64,000 bases of DNA from an uncultured Acidobacteriota bacterium (GTDB taxonomy: Bacteria > Acidobacteriota > Polarisedimenticolia > JACPZX01), in assembly GCA_964400605.1 (NCBI GenBank), contig CAYNUH010000001.1:621-64620 (forward strand), given 5' to 3'. Made by a program: the position numbers and the translations under genes. The notes under the pieces were generated by a model. The model ran no database searches, was not told where the DNA came from, and was given only the letters and a program-made list of their open reading frames with translations. Positions 17,244 to 26,366 of this stretch are shown one piece after another (position 1 is the first letter of the stretch; each line of letters opens with the position of its first letter).

Positions 17244-18739
17244 TCCGAGGACGGCCCGCGGCGGGCGCGGCGGCGTCTGTCCTGTTCGGCTTCATCGCCG
17301 GCGGCGCCCCGCCGGCCCCCTCATCGCCCGCTCCTGCAACCTCCCACCCGCCCCAGGCCGCGGTCCAAACCCAACCCCCGCCTGCCGTGGCGCTCGCCGC
17401 ATCCGGCCGCATCCATCTGGAGTTCGACGCGCGTGTCCCCGAGGACCTGGTCCGCCTGGTCGAAGGGAAGATCATCGACGACGACTCGCTCGATGCCTGG
17501 GTCGATCTGCCGGGGAACGCGGAGCTGCTCCGCCTCGGCGCCTCGCGTGGCGATCTGGACCGCGAGGAACTCAGGGAGAACCTGTGGCACTCGATCCTGG
17601 GGCACCGCTCCCGGCGCGGCACGGGCCTCGGGAGCCTGGCCTTCGATCCGCTCGCCGACCTCACGGAGATGATCGGGGAGTTGAGGACCCGCGAATCGGA
17701 GATCGCTCGCCGCGTGGCCGAGCGTGTCGAGTCGTACCTGCCGGAGGAGGCGCCGGAGATCCATGCCGTGGTGAGGCTGCACCTGGGCGGGACGTGGGAC
17801 GCCCGCGCCCCCGACGACATCTATCTCAATCTGTCGCTCTTTCACTCTTACGCGCCCCCATGGTTCGACGCGGTGGAGGCGCTGATCGCCCACGAGGTCA
17901 CCCACCTGGTCCACCGCCGGCTCGATGGCCCGCCGGACGGCGCCGACGCGCCCGAGGGACTCTTCGCGGTGGCGCTGGCGCAGATCCACTCCGAGGGGAT
18001 CGCGCGGCAGGTCGGGCACGGACTGTTCGACGGGCAGGCTCCCCCGGGGACATACGCAGCCTTCGCGCTGCGCCGGGAGAACGATGGTCTGGCCGGCTTC
18101 GCCGACGCCCTGGGGCGGGCCGATGACCTCAGGCGGACGTGTCTCGTGCTCAAAGACACCGCAACCTGCCGGAGGAGGATCGTCTCCGGGCTGTGGCAGG
18201 GAGGCGACACGTATGCCGCGGGCCACGGCATGGCGCAAGCCATCGAGAGCGCGCTCGGGCGCAGGACTCTCGCCTCCACGTTGAGCGCCGGGGCGGCACG
18301 CTTCTTCGAGCTTTACGCGCAGGCCACACGGATGCTGCCAGGCCTGCCGCCGCTCGGGGATGAGTTCGAGAAGAGCCTCCCTGCCGCCGCCTCGTACCTG
18401 GCGGCACGGCGCGAGGCGTGGCTTCTGAGGAAGGAGGCGCGCGACGCACACCTGCGGGGCGACTACCAGGCGGCGGAGGCGGCGCTGCGCAGGCTCATCT
18501 CCCGCGACGATCGCGATCCCACCGCCGCCTACAACCTGGCCTGCGCGCTGGCCAGGCAGGGGAACTCTGAAGGCGCCGTCGAGTGGCTTGAGCGCGCCGT
18601 GGGCCTCGGCTACGCCGACCGAGGGCACATGGAATCCGACCCCGATCTCGACTCGCTGCGCGGCGCCAAGGCCTACCGGCGCCTCGTGGAGACCATGGGG
18701 ACGGCGGCCGTCAGGTCCCGGGCGCGGACGGCGGAGTAG
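17240..18739 (+). CDS. Putative secreted zinc metallopeptidase-like protein (HExxH...EGIA) with C-terminal TPR repeats
   Basis: HEVTHLVH motif followed about 30 residues later by HSEGIARQ. C-terminal TPR-like helices (AAYNLACALARQGNSEGAVEWLERAV). GTG start overlaps the ftcD stop. Paralog of the CDS at 20331-21920. Confidence 0.5.
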   Translation: MIRGRPAAGAAASVLFGFIAGGAPPAPSSPAPATSHPPQAAVQTQPPPAVALAASGRIHLEFDARVPEDLVRLVEGKIIDDDSLDAWVDLPGNAELLRLGASRGDLDREELRENLWHSILGHRSRRGTGLGSLAFDPLADLTEMIGELRTRESEIARRVAERVESYLPEEAPEIHAVVRLHLGGTWDARAPDDIYLNLSLFHSYAPPWFDAVEALIAHEVTHLVHRRLDGPPDGADAPEGLFAVALAQIHSEGIARQVGHGLFDGQAPPGTYAAFALRRENDGLAGFADALGRADDLRRTCLVLKDTATCRRRIVSGLWQGGDTYAAGHGMAQAIESALGRRTLASTLSAGAARFFELYAQATRMLPGLPPLGDEFEKSLPAAASYLAARREAWLLRKEARDAHLRGDYQAAEAALRRLISRDDRDPTAAYNLACALARQGNSEGAVEWLERAVGLGYADRGHMESDPDLDSLRGAKAYRRLVETMGTAAVRSRARTAE

Positions 18740-18777
18740 GGCGCGTCGCGCCAGCCGGACAGGACGGGCTTCCGAAG

Positions 18778-20334
18778 CTACGCCTTCGGCCCCTTGAAGA
18801 TCGAGCGGAGGCGGCCGGCGCGGCCGACACCTTCCTCGGCCTTCTTCCGGCCCAGCTCCTGAAGCGCCTCCTCGTTGACCGGCTCCCACTCGAGCACCTT
18901 TTCGAACAACTCCGCCGCCCGCCGGGCGAGCCCTCCGGCTTTGTAGACGCGGGCCAGGTGCTGATAGGCCGCAACACCGCTCGGGTTCAGCTCGATGGCT
19001 TTCAGGAGGCTCTGCTCGGCCTTCTTGCGCCACCGCGGGTTCTTGGTCTCCACGATGCCGAGGTGGAGCCAGTACTCGTGCTTGGAGGGATCCATCTGGC
19101 ATGCCGTCTCCAGAAGGCGTAGCGCGTCGTAGAACTCTTCGCCGTCAAGGTGTTTGCGGGCGCGCTGGTAGCTTTCCCTCGCCTGCGCCACAAGGTCGGC
19201 GTCGGGAGGGCGCGGTCCGGCCGCCTGCTCGGCCAGGTGGCGATCGTACTCGGGGCGCTCCTTCTCATCCGTCAGCGTGTTGTAGGCATCTGTCGTGGCG
19301 GCGAACATCGCCTCGATCTCGGGGAGAAGGTCCTCGAACTCGCCGCGCCGGTACCGGTCGGGATGAAAGATCTTCGCGATGCGGTAGTAGGCGCGGCGCA
19401 CGGCGTTCTCGTCCGCGTTGCGCGCCACGCCGAGAATGCCGTAATGATCGGCGCCGCGGCACTCCGCGATCCGCTTCTCGACGCGCTCGCGGTCGGGCGC
19501 GGAAGAGGGGCCCGCGGCCCCGCCTCCGGCGGGGGAAGTGCCGAGCGCGGCCGCCGTGGTGCGCTTCAGAAAGGCGTCGAGATCGGCAACCCTCCGCTGC
19601 GGAGCCGGCGGGGGAGCCGGCCCGCCGGGAGGAGGAGAGCCTCCTGCCGCGGGCTCTGCGGATGGGGGGGGGCCGATGATGCGGCCGGAGGCGTCCGATA
19701 TCCTCGATGCGTCGGCGAGGATCTCGACCCCCGGCGCGACGAGGAGCCCCGCGGCCACGAGACCGTACAACGCTGCCAAGGTCTCTCTCTCGCCGAGCGG
19801 ACTCACGGCGAGGATCTCCAGAAGCGTCAGCGTCCCGTCGCACCTCGAGAGCAGGAACCCTTCCGAAGGGCCCAGGCTCAGACGGGGCAGGACGGAAGGC
19901 GGCGCCGTGTTCGGCCTGATCTGGCACGAGGGTGCGATCTGCGAGCGCACCCAGTCCGGGTCGGCGGCGGCCCTTGCGATGTCGAGGATGAGATCGCCCG
20001 CGTTCAGCGAGGCCGCGGCGACGCCGGGCCCGGAAGCATCGTCCGGCGCGCCCGCGAGAAAGGCCGGACCCTCCGTCGAGGAAAGCGCCGCCGTGAGGAT
20101 CTCCCGCGCACGGTCCCTCAGGTCGCCCTGGAGGGGGGCGGCGGAGACGACGGCGCCGGGCGCCTCACACGAACCGCCTTCGCCGATCTCCCGCGTGAGG
20201 GCGCCGCCCCGAAACACGAGGACGCCTCCTCCCGGCCCGTGCGCCACGAGGCTTCCCGTGGCGGCCGCCCTCTGAATCCCCGCGAGGACGGCGATGGCCT
20301 TCCCGAGGTTCGCCGCCGGGTCCGGGCCGGTCAT
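18778..20334 (-). CDS. DUF4388 domain / J-domain (DnaJ-like) / TPR protein
   Basis: N-terminal DUF4388-like (AVLAGIQRAAATGSLVAHGPGGGVLVFRGGAL). J domain with HPD (DHYGILGVARNADENAVRRAYYRIAKIFHPDRY). C-terminal TPR. ATG at 20334 overlaps the stop of the upstream gene (ATGA). The reported ORF to 21081 is Arg-rich alternate-frame extension. Confidence 0.7.
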   Translation of the reverse strand: MTGPDPAANLGKAIAVLAGIQRAAATGSLVAHGPGGGVLVFRGGALTREIGEGGSCEAPGAVVSAAPLQGDLRDRAREILTAALSSTEGPAFLAGAPDDASGPGVAAASLNAGDLILDIARAAADPDWVRSQIAPSCQIRPNTAPPSVLPRLSLGPSEGFLLSRCDGTLTLLEILAVSPLGERETLAALYGLVAAGLLVAPGVEILADASRISDASGRIIGPPPSAEPAAGGSPPPGGPAPPPAPQRRVADLDAFLKRTTAAALGTSPAGGGAAGPSSAPDRERVEKRIAECRGADHYGILGVARNADENAVRRAYYRIAKIFHPDRYRRGEFEDLLPEIEAMFAATTDAYNTLTDEKERPEYDRHLAEQAAGPRPPDADLVAQARESYQRARKHLDGEEFYDALRLLETACQMDPSKHEYWLHLGIVETKNPRWRKKAEQSLLKAIELNPSGVAAYQHLARVYKAGGLARRAAELFEKVLEWEPVNEEALQELGRKKAEEGVGRAGRLRSIFKGPKA

Positions 20335-21920
20335 CGCGCCGCTTCGGGCGAAGGGCCCGCCTGTGGGAGCGTCCGGATCCATGAGGCGAGGAATGACTCG
20401 TACGTGGATCCCGTGGCCGACGTGAAGGCGGCGTCGAGATCGCTGCCGTGGCCGAGCGCCTCGAGGAGATCCAGAAGATGGGAGACAGACCAGGTCTCGA
20501 GGAAGTGCTCCACCAGCGAGAGCGCGAGGGGGTAGGAGAACTCTCCAGCCAGGTCCTGCGGCGATGCCGCCGCGTAACGGCGCGCGAGGTCGCGATCGTG
20601 ACGCCGCGCCGTCTTCCCTTCGACCCGCTGCGCAATCCCCTCCTGGAGCCACCGGGGGCAGTTCCCGCGCGTCTTGTGGTACACGATGCAGTGCGCCAGC
20701 TCGTGCGTGAAGACGCTGCCCGCAGCAGCCGTCAGGCGCGTCAGCCCGCCGATGGGGATGCGGATCTGCCCGTCGAACAGGCCGCCCACCCACCGCGGCG
20801 ATTCGGTGACGTCGTAAAACGCCTCGCGCGAATACAGGGTGACGATGATGACCGAGGCGGGATAGACATTGAAGCGCGAGGTCAGGTCCGCGTAGGCCGA
20901 CTCCAGGTGGTCCAGGATCTCGCGGCCGAGCGCCTCGGAAGCCTTCTCGCCGTCGTACTTCAGGGTGAAGTGGGGTGCGTCGGAGCGGTAGAAATCCTGC
21001 TCGACGTCCTGCTCCTTCCTCGCCTTCGCGAGCCGTGCGGCGACGTCGCCGTCGGGCCGCTTCTCGAGCGATCGCTCCCACAGCTCGATGGCCTCCGGCA
21101 GGCGATCGCTTCGGTAGGCCACCTCCGCCAGCAGAGCGAGGGCGGAGGGCTCCTCGGCGCGCACGGCCAGGGCGTCCTGGATGAGGTCCTCCGCCTCGCT
21201 GTTCCTCCCCTGCGTCATCCTCACGCGCGCGAGGTTGAGGAGGGGGGCGGTGAGGTCCGGATCGTTGTCGGCGGCGAGCCGGTAGCGTGACTCCGCGGCG
21301 TCGAGATCGCCGGCGCGGGCGGCGGCGTTGCCGAGGAGCGTGTGCAGGATGGCGGCCTCTTTGCGGACCGCATCCTCATTCACGCCGGCACGCCCCATGG
21401 AAGCCTCGAGAACCCTCAGGCGGGCCAGCCAGGCTTCCGGATCGCCTCCGGCCGGAACGAGCCCTGGCAGAGGCGCCGGCGCTTGGGGCGCGAGGACGGC
21501 GGGCGGTGACGGACGGGATCGCCGGCGCGGGCCGTCCGTGAGCGCGATGCCCGAAGGAGCTTGCGTCGCCGTGGCTTCGATGCGCTCGACCTGGTTCTTC
21601 GGGATGCCGATGATCCCTCCCGCGCGCCGGTAACGGATCTCTCCGTCCTGCTCCCACCATTGATCCACGCTGACGGAGGATCCGGACTTCAGATGGATCA
21701 CGTCCGCCGCGACGGGGAGCGCGAGCACAAGGCTCAGCGCCGCGACGGCGAGGCGGCAGGCTCGTGCACCGGACGGAGGCGCACCGGACGTTTCGGCCCG
21801 ATTGAGGGGCCCCCGGCGCTGGTCCGCGTCAGAGGGGCGCAACGAATGGAGGGCTGGGGTCCTTGAGAAAAGCGGACGGGAGGCCCGAGCGGGCCTTGAG
21901 AGCCGCGTCGCGGCTGGCAT
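20331..21920 (-). CDS. Putative secreted TPR protein with C-terminal zinc metallopeptidase-like domain (HExxH...EGIAQ)
   Basis: Signal-peptide-like CRLAVAALSLVLALPVAADV. TPR region. C-terminal THELAHCIVYH...WLQEGIAQRV. Start uncertain: the first ATG at 21920 would overlap the upstream SPOR gene by about 90 nt, and no clean alternative was seen. Confidence 0.5.
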   Translation of the reverse strand: MPAATRLSRPARASRPLFSRTPALHSLRPSDADQRRGPLNRAETSGAPPSGARACRLAVAALSLVLALPVAADVIHLKSGSSVSVDQWWEQDGEIRYRRAGGIIGIPKNQVERIEATATQAPSGIALTDGPRRRSRPSPPAVLAPQAPAPLPGLVPAGGDPEAWLARLRVLEASMGRAGVNEDAVRKEAAILHTLLGNAAARAGDLDAAESRYRLAADNDPDLTAPLLNLARVRMTQGRNSEAEDLIQDALAVRAEEPSALALLAEVAYRSDRLPEAIELWERSLEKRPDGDVAARLAKARKEQDVEQDFYRSDAPHFTLKYDGEKASEALGREILDHLESAYADLTSRFNVYPASVIIVTLYSREAFYDVTESPRWVGGLFDGQIRIPIGGLTRLTAAAGSVFTHELAHCIVYHKTRGNCPRWLQEGIAQRVEGKTARRHDRDLARRYAAASPQDLAGEFSYPLALSLVEHFLETWSVSHLLDLLEALGHGSDLDAAFTSATGSTYESFLASWIRTLPQAGPSPEAAR

Positions 21921-24096
21921 AGGCACCCCACAGCAGCCGGTAGCAGGACTGGCCTCTGTAGGTGGCCGGCAGGATGAAGATCTGCGATGGCTCACGTGTG
22001 GACCCGATCGAGCGCGACACCGTCTGTGGCTCACAGGCGAGAGCAAGCTGGACAGTATACAGCCCCTTTCGCCCACCGATGGCTGACCGGAAGCGGCTTG
22101 CGGCCTCCTGGAGGCTCCCCTGCTGGATGAGGCGCCTTCCCTGCTGGTAGAGGCCGGGCGAAAAGATAGGGCCGGTCCCGGCGGAGGCAAGCGCAAGGGT
22201 TCGGGCCGGCTTCCGCGCCGGGGCCGGCTCGCGCGGCTCGGCTGTGGCGATGGAGGCGGCCGCGAGGGGGCCGGAGCTCACGGATCGGCCGGAGGGAGGC
22301 GTGACCGCGGCGGGAATCGACTCCGTCAGGGAGGCCGGGGCGACGCTCGGGCCCGAGCGGACGGGGCCCGGCTCGGGGGTGAAGGCCGCCGGAGCCACGA
22401 CGTCCACCGGCCCGGCTGCGGCTCCGTCACTCCTGGGGAGGTCGCCCGTGTCTTCACCTCCGCTTCCGGCGATGAGAATCAGCGCCGCGGCGAGGCCGAA
22501 GACGGCGGCCGCGCCGCCGCCCCACCTTGCCCAGCGCCTCACATCACCGGTTGAACGCGGTTCGACGGAGGGCTGGTAGACCCAGGGCGGCGGTTCCTTC
22601 GGTTCATCGTCCGCCGCGCCCTCCAGTCCGGCGGCCTCCTCCTCCCCGAAGTCCTCGAGGGGCTCACCGGCGCCCTCGGAGCCGATCTCCACGGCGGCCG
22701 CCGCCAACTCGATCGCCTCGTGCTCTTCGTCCTCGGGAACGGCCATCGGGGCGAAGGGCGCGTCGCCGGCGATCCCCTGGGGCGCCTCGTCATCATCTGC
22801 GGATCCGCCGAGCGAGTGGATGGCGTCTTCGATCTCTTCGTCTCCGAGATGGGCCGCGCCGGCGTGCTCGACCCTGATGGAAGCGGGCGCGGGGAAGGGT
22901 GCGACGGGGATGCCCGGCTTGAGTTCCAGGACCGGCTCGCGCCCGCCCCCTTCACCGTCGCCATTATCGAGGCCGTCCAGGTCGGGCGATGGCGGCGCGG
23001 GGGGCAGCGCGGCCTCGGGAGCCGCAGCAGGGGGCCGCGCGACCTGGATGATCGGCTCGCTCTCTTCGGGAAGGGAGGCCGGCTCCGGCTCGAGCCGTCT
23101 CTCCGCGACCGAGCCTACGGGCCGTGTGCCCGAATGGTCGTCTTCATGGTGAGCGGGCGCCCTCTCAATCACGGCGACGCGGGCGGCGGCCCTTATCCCT
23201 CCCGGAGGTGTCGCCACGACGGGGACCGTCTCGAAGTCGTCGGGCGGCGAGAGGGGAAGCAGCGGCGCCTTCTCGCGGGCGGCCGCCTGATCGGTGCTCC
23301 AGCCGGTGCGGCGGCGCGTGGGAGGCTTTTCGGGCGGCGCCGTGAGGGGCGCCGGAGGCGCGGCGGCGGCCCCCTCGACGCTCCGCGCGAGACCGAGCAC
23401 CTTGAGCCCGGCGAAGGCGGCCGAGATCAGGAAGTCGGGCAGTGGTGAGAAGGCGCAGATGTCCGCGATGGTCCGGGTGCCGTCGGCCTTCCCCATCAGT
23501 CCCACGATCTCGACGGGCAGGCTCAACGAAGCGCGCACCAAGTCATCAGGGCGCACGACGAGGACGGCGTCCAGCGAGCCGATTTCGTCGAGCACGCGGC
23601 CCCGGTCGCCGGAGGCCATGAGCCCCTCCAGCACAAGGTCGCGCGGATCGATCTTGAGGTTGGGGGTGCCGTGGGGGATGGCTCCGGGCGAGACCTCGTA
23701 GCGGCCCTCGCGCCACGTGAAGAGGCTCAGCACCAGCGCCGTGACGCGCTCGCGCTCGGCCTCCTGCAGCTCGCGTGCCGTGAGGAATCCGAGCTCCAGG
23801 AGCATCTGCCGCGCCTGCCCCGGGCCCGCCTTCTCCTCGGCGAGGCGCCACTGATCGGGGCGGAGGATGCCGCGGTTGATCAGGTGCACGCGGATCGACT
23901 CCTCGGAGTCGTCCGATGCGGCCCAGGCCACGCGGCCCCGCTCGAAGAGGATCTCCTTGGAGACGGTGACGCCGGGGCGCCGCGCGGCGCGCGCGCGAAA
24001 CGACCCGGTGAACCCCTGCGCCCAGAGCCGGGCGAGAAGCCGGGCGAATCGAAGGGTTTCTGTCGGCCCGCCTGGTGCCTCTTCCGCTGTGCTCAT
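21829..24096 (-). CDS. DUF4388 domain protein with a long Pro/Ala-rich linker and a C-terminal SPOR (septal peptidoglycan-binding) domain
   Basis: N-terminal DUF4388 pattern (LRFARLLARLWAQGFTGSFRA...ILFERGRVAWA). About 400 aa of low-complexity P/A/E-rich linker. C-terminal SPOR-like GLYTVQLALACEPQTVSRSIG...YRLLWGAYASRDAALKARSGLPSAF. Confidence 0.65.
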   Translation of the reverse strand: MSTAEEAPGGPTETLRFARLLARLWAQGFTGSFRARAARRPGVTVSKEILFERGRVAWAASDDSEESIRVHLINRGILRPDQWRLAEEKAGPGQARQMLLELGFLTARELQEAERERVTALVLSLFTWREGRYEVSPGAIPHGTPNLKIDPRDLVLEGLMASGDRGRVLDEIGSLDAVLVVRPDDLVRASLSLPVEIVGLMGKADGTRTIADICAFSPLPDFLISAAFAGLKVLGLARSVEGAAAAPPAPLTAPPEKPPTRRRTGWSTDQAAAREKAPLLPLSPPDDFETVPVVATPPGGIRAAARVAVIERAPAHHEDDHSGTRPVGSVAERRLEPEPASLPEESEPIIQVARPPAAAPEAALPPAPPSPDLDGLDNGDGEGGGREPVLELKPGIPVAPFPAPASIRVEHAGAAHLGDEEIEDAIHSLGGSADDDEAPQGIAGDAPFAPMAVPEDEEHEAIELAAAAVEIGSEGAGEPLEDFGEEEAAGLEGAADDEPKEPPPWVYQPSVEPRSTGDVRRWARWGGGAAAVFGLAAALILIAGSGGEDTGDLPRSDGAAAGPVDVVAPAAFTPEPGPVRSGPSVAPASLTESIPAAVTPPSGRSVSSGPLAAASIATAEPREPAPARKPARTLALASAGTGPIFSPGLYQQGRRLIQQGSLQEAASRFRSAIGGRKGLYTVQLALACEPQTVSRSIGSTREPSQIFILPATYRGQSCYRLLWGAYASRDAALKARSGLPSAFLKDPSPPFVAPL

Positions 24097-24248
24097 CCGC
24101 CGTCGCGCCGCATCCGCTTCCGCATCGTCAGCATCATCAGGCGGGCCCGATTATACGGGCGCGCCGGGAGAGAGTCAATGGAACCCGCGGAAAAGAGCGT
24201 GATAGACTGAACAGTCCAGAGACGCCGGGAACGTCCGGCCGGTTGCGC

Positions 24249-25931
24249 ATGCCCCCCACCCGACCCGTCGGCCCAGGAAGCCCCCACACCCCCGCCGGTG
24301 ATCTCCTGATCGTCGGCAGCGGTGTGGCGGGGCTGCGCGCCGCCATCGAGGGGGCGCGGGCCGGCCTGCGCGTGATGCTCCTCACGAAGGACACCGCCGC
24401 CGACAGCAACACCGAAAAGGCCCAGGGAGGGATCGCCGTCGCGTTGAGCGACGAAGACGAAGTCGGCCTCCACCACCGGGACACCATCGCGGCGGGCGAC
24501 GGCCTCTGCGACGAATCCGCGGTGCAGGTGCTGGTGGAGGAGGGGCCCCGCTACATCACGGAGCTGATCGGCTGGGGTGCCCAGTTCGATCGTGAGGGAG
24601 CGCGCCTCGCCTTCACCCGGGAGGGAGCCCACAGCGCCCGCCGGGTGCTGCACGCCGCGGGCGACTCCACCGGACAGGAAATCGTCCGCGCCCTGCTCGC
24701 CACGGCCGCCGCTCTGCCCGGCATCGCCTTCCTCCCCCGGACGTACACCGTGGACCTCGTGGTCGAGAACGGCCGCTGCGCGGGGCTGCTGTGCCTTGAC
24801 GAGGCGGCCGGGGCGCTTTCCGTGGTCCGGGGCGCCGTGCTGCTGGCCACGGGCGGGTGCGGGCAAGTCTACCGGGAGACGACCAACCCTCCGCAGGCCA
24901 CGGGCGACGGCATCGCCATGGCCTATCGCGCGGGGGCGTGGGTCCGTGACATGGAGTTCGTGCAGTTCCACCCGACGTCGCTGGCGGTGCCCGGGGCGCC
25001 GAGGTTTCTCCTCTCCGAGGCGCTGAGGGGGGAGGGGGGCTACCTCCGCGATCAGACGGGGCGGCGGTTCATGCTCGAAGTGGACCCGGAGCGCGCCGAG
25101 CTCGCTCCCCGCGACGTCGTCGCGAGGGCCATCGCCCGGGGGATGACCGAGTCCGGAAGCGCGCACGTCTTCCTCGACCTCACGCATCTCGACCCCAGCT
25201 TCCTGGCGCGCCGGTTTCCCCGCATCCACCGCACCTGCCTGAGCTTCGGCGTGGACATCGCGAAGGTACCGATCCCGGTCAGCCCCAGCGCCCATTACAT
25301 GATGGGCGGCGTGGCGACGGATCTGTGGGGGAGGACGTCGCTTCCGGGGCTGTACGCGGCGGGGGAGGCGGCCTGCACCGGCGTTCATGGGGCCAACCGG
25401 CTGGCGAGCAACTCGCTGCTGGAGGGGCTCGTCTTCGGGGCGCGGGCGGGAGCGGCCTCGGTCGAGGACGCGGCCGGAGAGGGCAGGGTCTTCGACCCGG
25501 GACGCCCCGTGAGGCCGCCGCGCGGCGGCCCGCCGGAGCTGGCCGCGTTCGATCCTTCACGCGTCGGTGCGGTTTCCACGCACAGGACCGGCTTCGTCGA
25601 GACGGAGGTGCGGGAGATCGCCTGGAGCCGAGCGGGGATCCTGCGCGACGGCGCCGGACTGCGCGCAGCCGTGTCGGCTTTGCGTGCTCTGTGTCCCACG
25701 GGGGAACGGGATCCCATGACGCGTGCGGGCGTGGAGGCCCGCAATGTTCTCGTGGCGGCCTCCCTCATCGCGAGCGCGGCGCTCCTCCGGGAGGAAAGCC
25801 GCGGCGCCCACTTCCGCACCGACTTCCCCGAGCGCGACGACGCAGCCTTCAGGCGCTCGTTCCTGCTGCACGCGGGCGGCGGCGTGCGCGAGGTGCCCGT
25901 TCCCTCTCAAGGGCCCCCGCGTCCGCCCTGA
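24249..25931 (+). CDS. nadB: L-aspartate oxidase
   Basis: FAD-binding GDLLIVGSGVAGLRAA. Succinate-dehydrogenase/fumarate-reductase-like flavoprotein body (RAHYMMGGV, ...HGANRLASNSLLE). Start set at ATG 24249, discarding an upstream alternate-frame extension. Confidence 0.9.
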   Translation: MPPTRPVGPGSPHTPAGDLLIVGSGVAGLRAAIEGARAGLRVMLLTKDTAADSNTEKAQGGIAVALSDEDEVGLHHRDTIAAGDGLCDESAVQVLVEEGPRYITELIGWGAQFDREGARLAFTREGAHSARRVLHAAGDSTGQEIVRALLATAAALPGIAFLPRTYTVDLVVENGRCAGLLCLDEAAGALSVVRGAVLLATGGCGQVYRETTNPPQATGDGIAMAYRAGAWVRDMEFVQFHPTSLAVPGAPRFLLSEALRGEGGYLRDQTGRRFMLEVDPERAELAPRDVVARAIARGMTESGSAHVFLDLTHLDPSFLARRFPRIHRTCLSFGVDIAKVPIPVSPSAHYMMGGVATDLWGRTSLPGLYAAGEAACTGVHGANRLASNSLLEGLVFGARAGAASVEDAAGEGRVFDPGRPVRPPRGGPPELAAFDPSRVGAVSTHRTGFVETEVREIAWSRAGILRDGAGLRAAVSALRALCPTGERDPMTRAGVEARNVLVAASLIASAALLREESRGAHFRTDFPERDDAAFRRSFLLHAGGGVREVPVPSQGPPRPP

Positions 25932-25958
25932 GTCGGGCCTTCCCGCTCGCCCGCGCGA

Positions 25959-26147
25959 TCAGGTGCTGGGGTCCACGTAGTCCTTGGGAATATTGAAGAG
26001 CTTCCCGTCCGACGTCTTGATGAGATAGTGGCGCGCCCACTCCTTGACGATGTGGACGGAATCGCCCGCGGTCAGGACAACCTCGGCCGGCTCGGCGTCC
26101 TTCTGGAGCCGGTGGTACATGAGCACGTCCTGTGTGATGGTCGGCAT
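25959..26147 (-). CDS. Hypothetical small protein (62 aa) with a strong Shine-Dalgarno
   Basis: GGAGGT lies 7 nt upstream of the ATG. Composition is coding-like (MPTITQDVLMYHRLQKDAEPAEVVLTAGDSVHIVKEWARHYLIKTSDGKLFNIPKDYVDPST). Confidence 0.4.
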   Translation of the reverse strand: MPTITQDVLMYHRLQKDAEPAEVVLTAGDSVHIVKEWARHYLIKTSDGKLFNIPKDYVDPST

Positions 26148-26303
26148 CGAAACGACCTCCGAGCGAGCCTCCCCGGGGGAGATCTCCGCGGGGCCTGGGT
26201 GGTTCGGGCGCGGCGGACGCCGCCGTCAGCACGCCTGCGGGCGCCGGTGGGCCCGGGAACGGGGCGGCATCTTAACAGAAGCCGACCCCCGGTCAAGGCT
26301 CAG

Positions 26304-26362
26304 GGTGGTGGGTTCGCGGCGTGCGCGGAAGCCGTCTCCCGCAAGCGAAGTGGCACACCACC
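26304..26362. repeat. Small hairpin-type intergenic element (7-bp arms GGTGGTG/CACCACC) containing a 28-nt motif that recurs at 53761-53788
   Basis: gcgcggaagccgtctcccgcaagcgaag at 26323-26350 versus gcgcggaggccgtctccccgcaagcaaag-like gcgcggaggccgtctcccgcaagcaaag at 53761-53788 (26/28 identical). Both copies sit inside imperfect inverted repeats in intergenic DNA. Confidence 0.45.
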
Positions 26363-26366
26363 GGGT

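Noticed and set aside
17321-19102. 593-aa minus-strand ORF
   Set aside because: It is antisense to the HExxH/TPR gene and composed of junk.
20335-21081. N-terminal 249 codons of the 767-aa ORF (MGAIAREAARRRRRRTAREG...)
   Set aside because: It is an Arg-rich alternate frame overlapping the TPR-peptidase gene. The J-domain protein starts at the ATG coupled to the upstream stop.
22720-23448. Several 70-240-aa plus-strand ORFs within 22244-24210
   Set aside because: They are antisense to the low-complexity linker of the DUF4388-SPOR gene.
24093-25388. 431-aa minus-strand ORF
   Set aside because: It is antisense to nadB.
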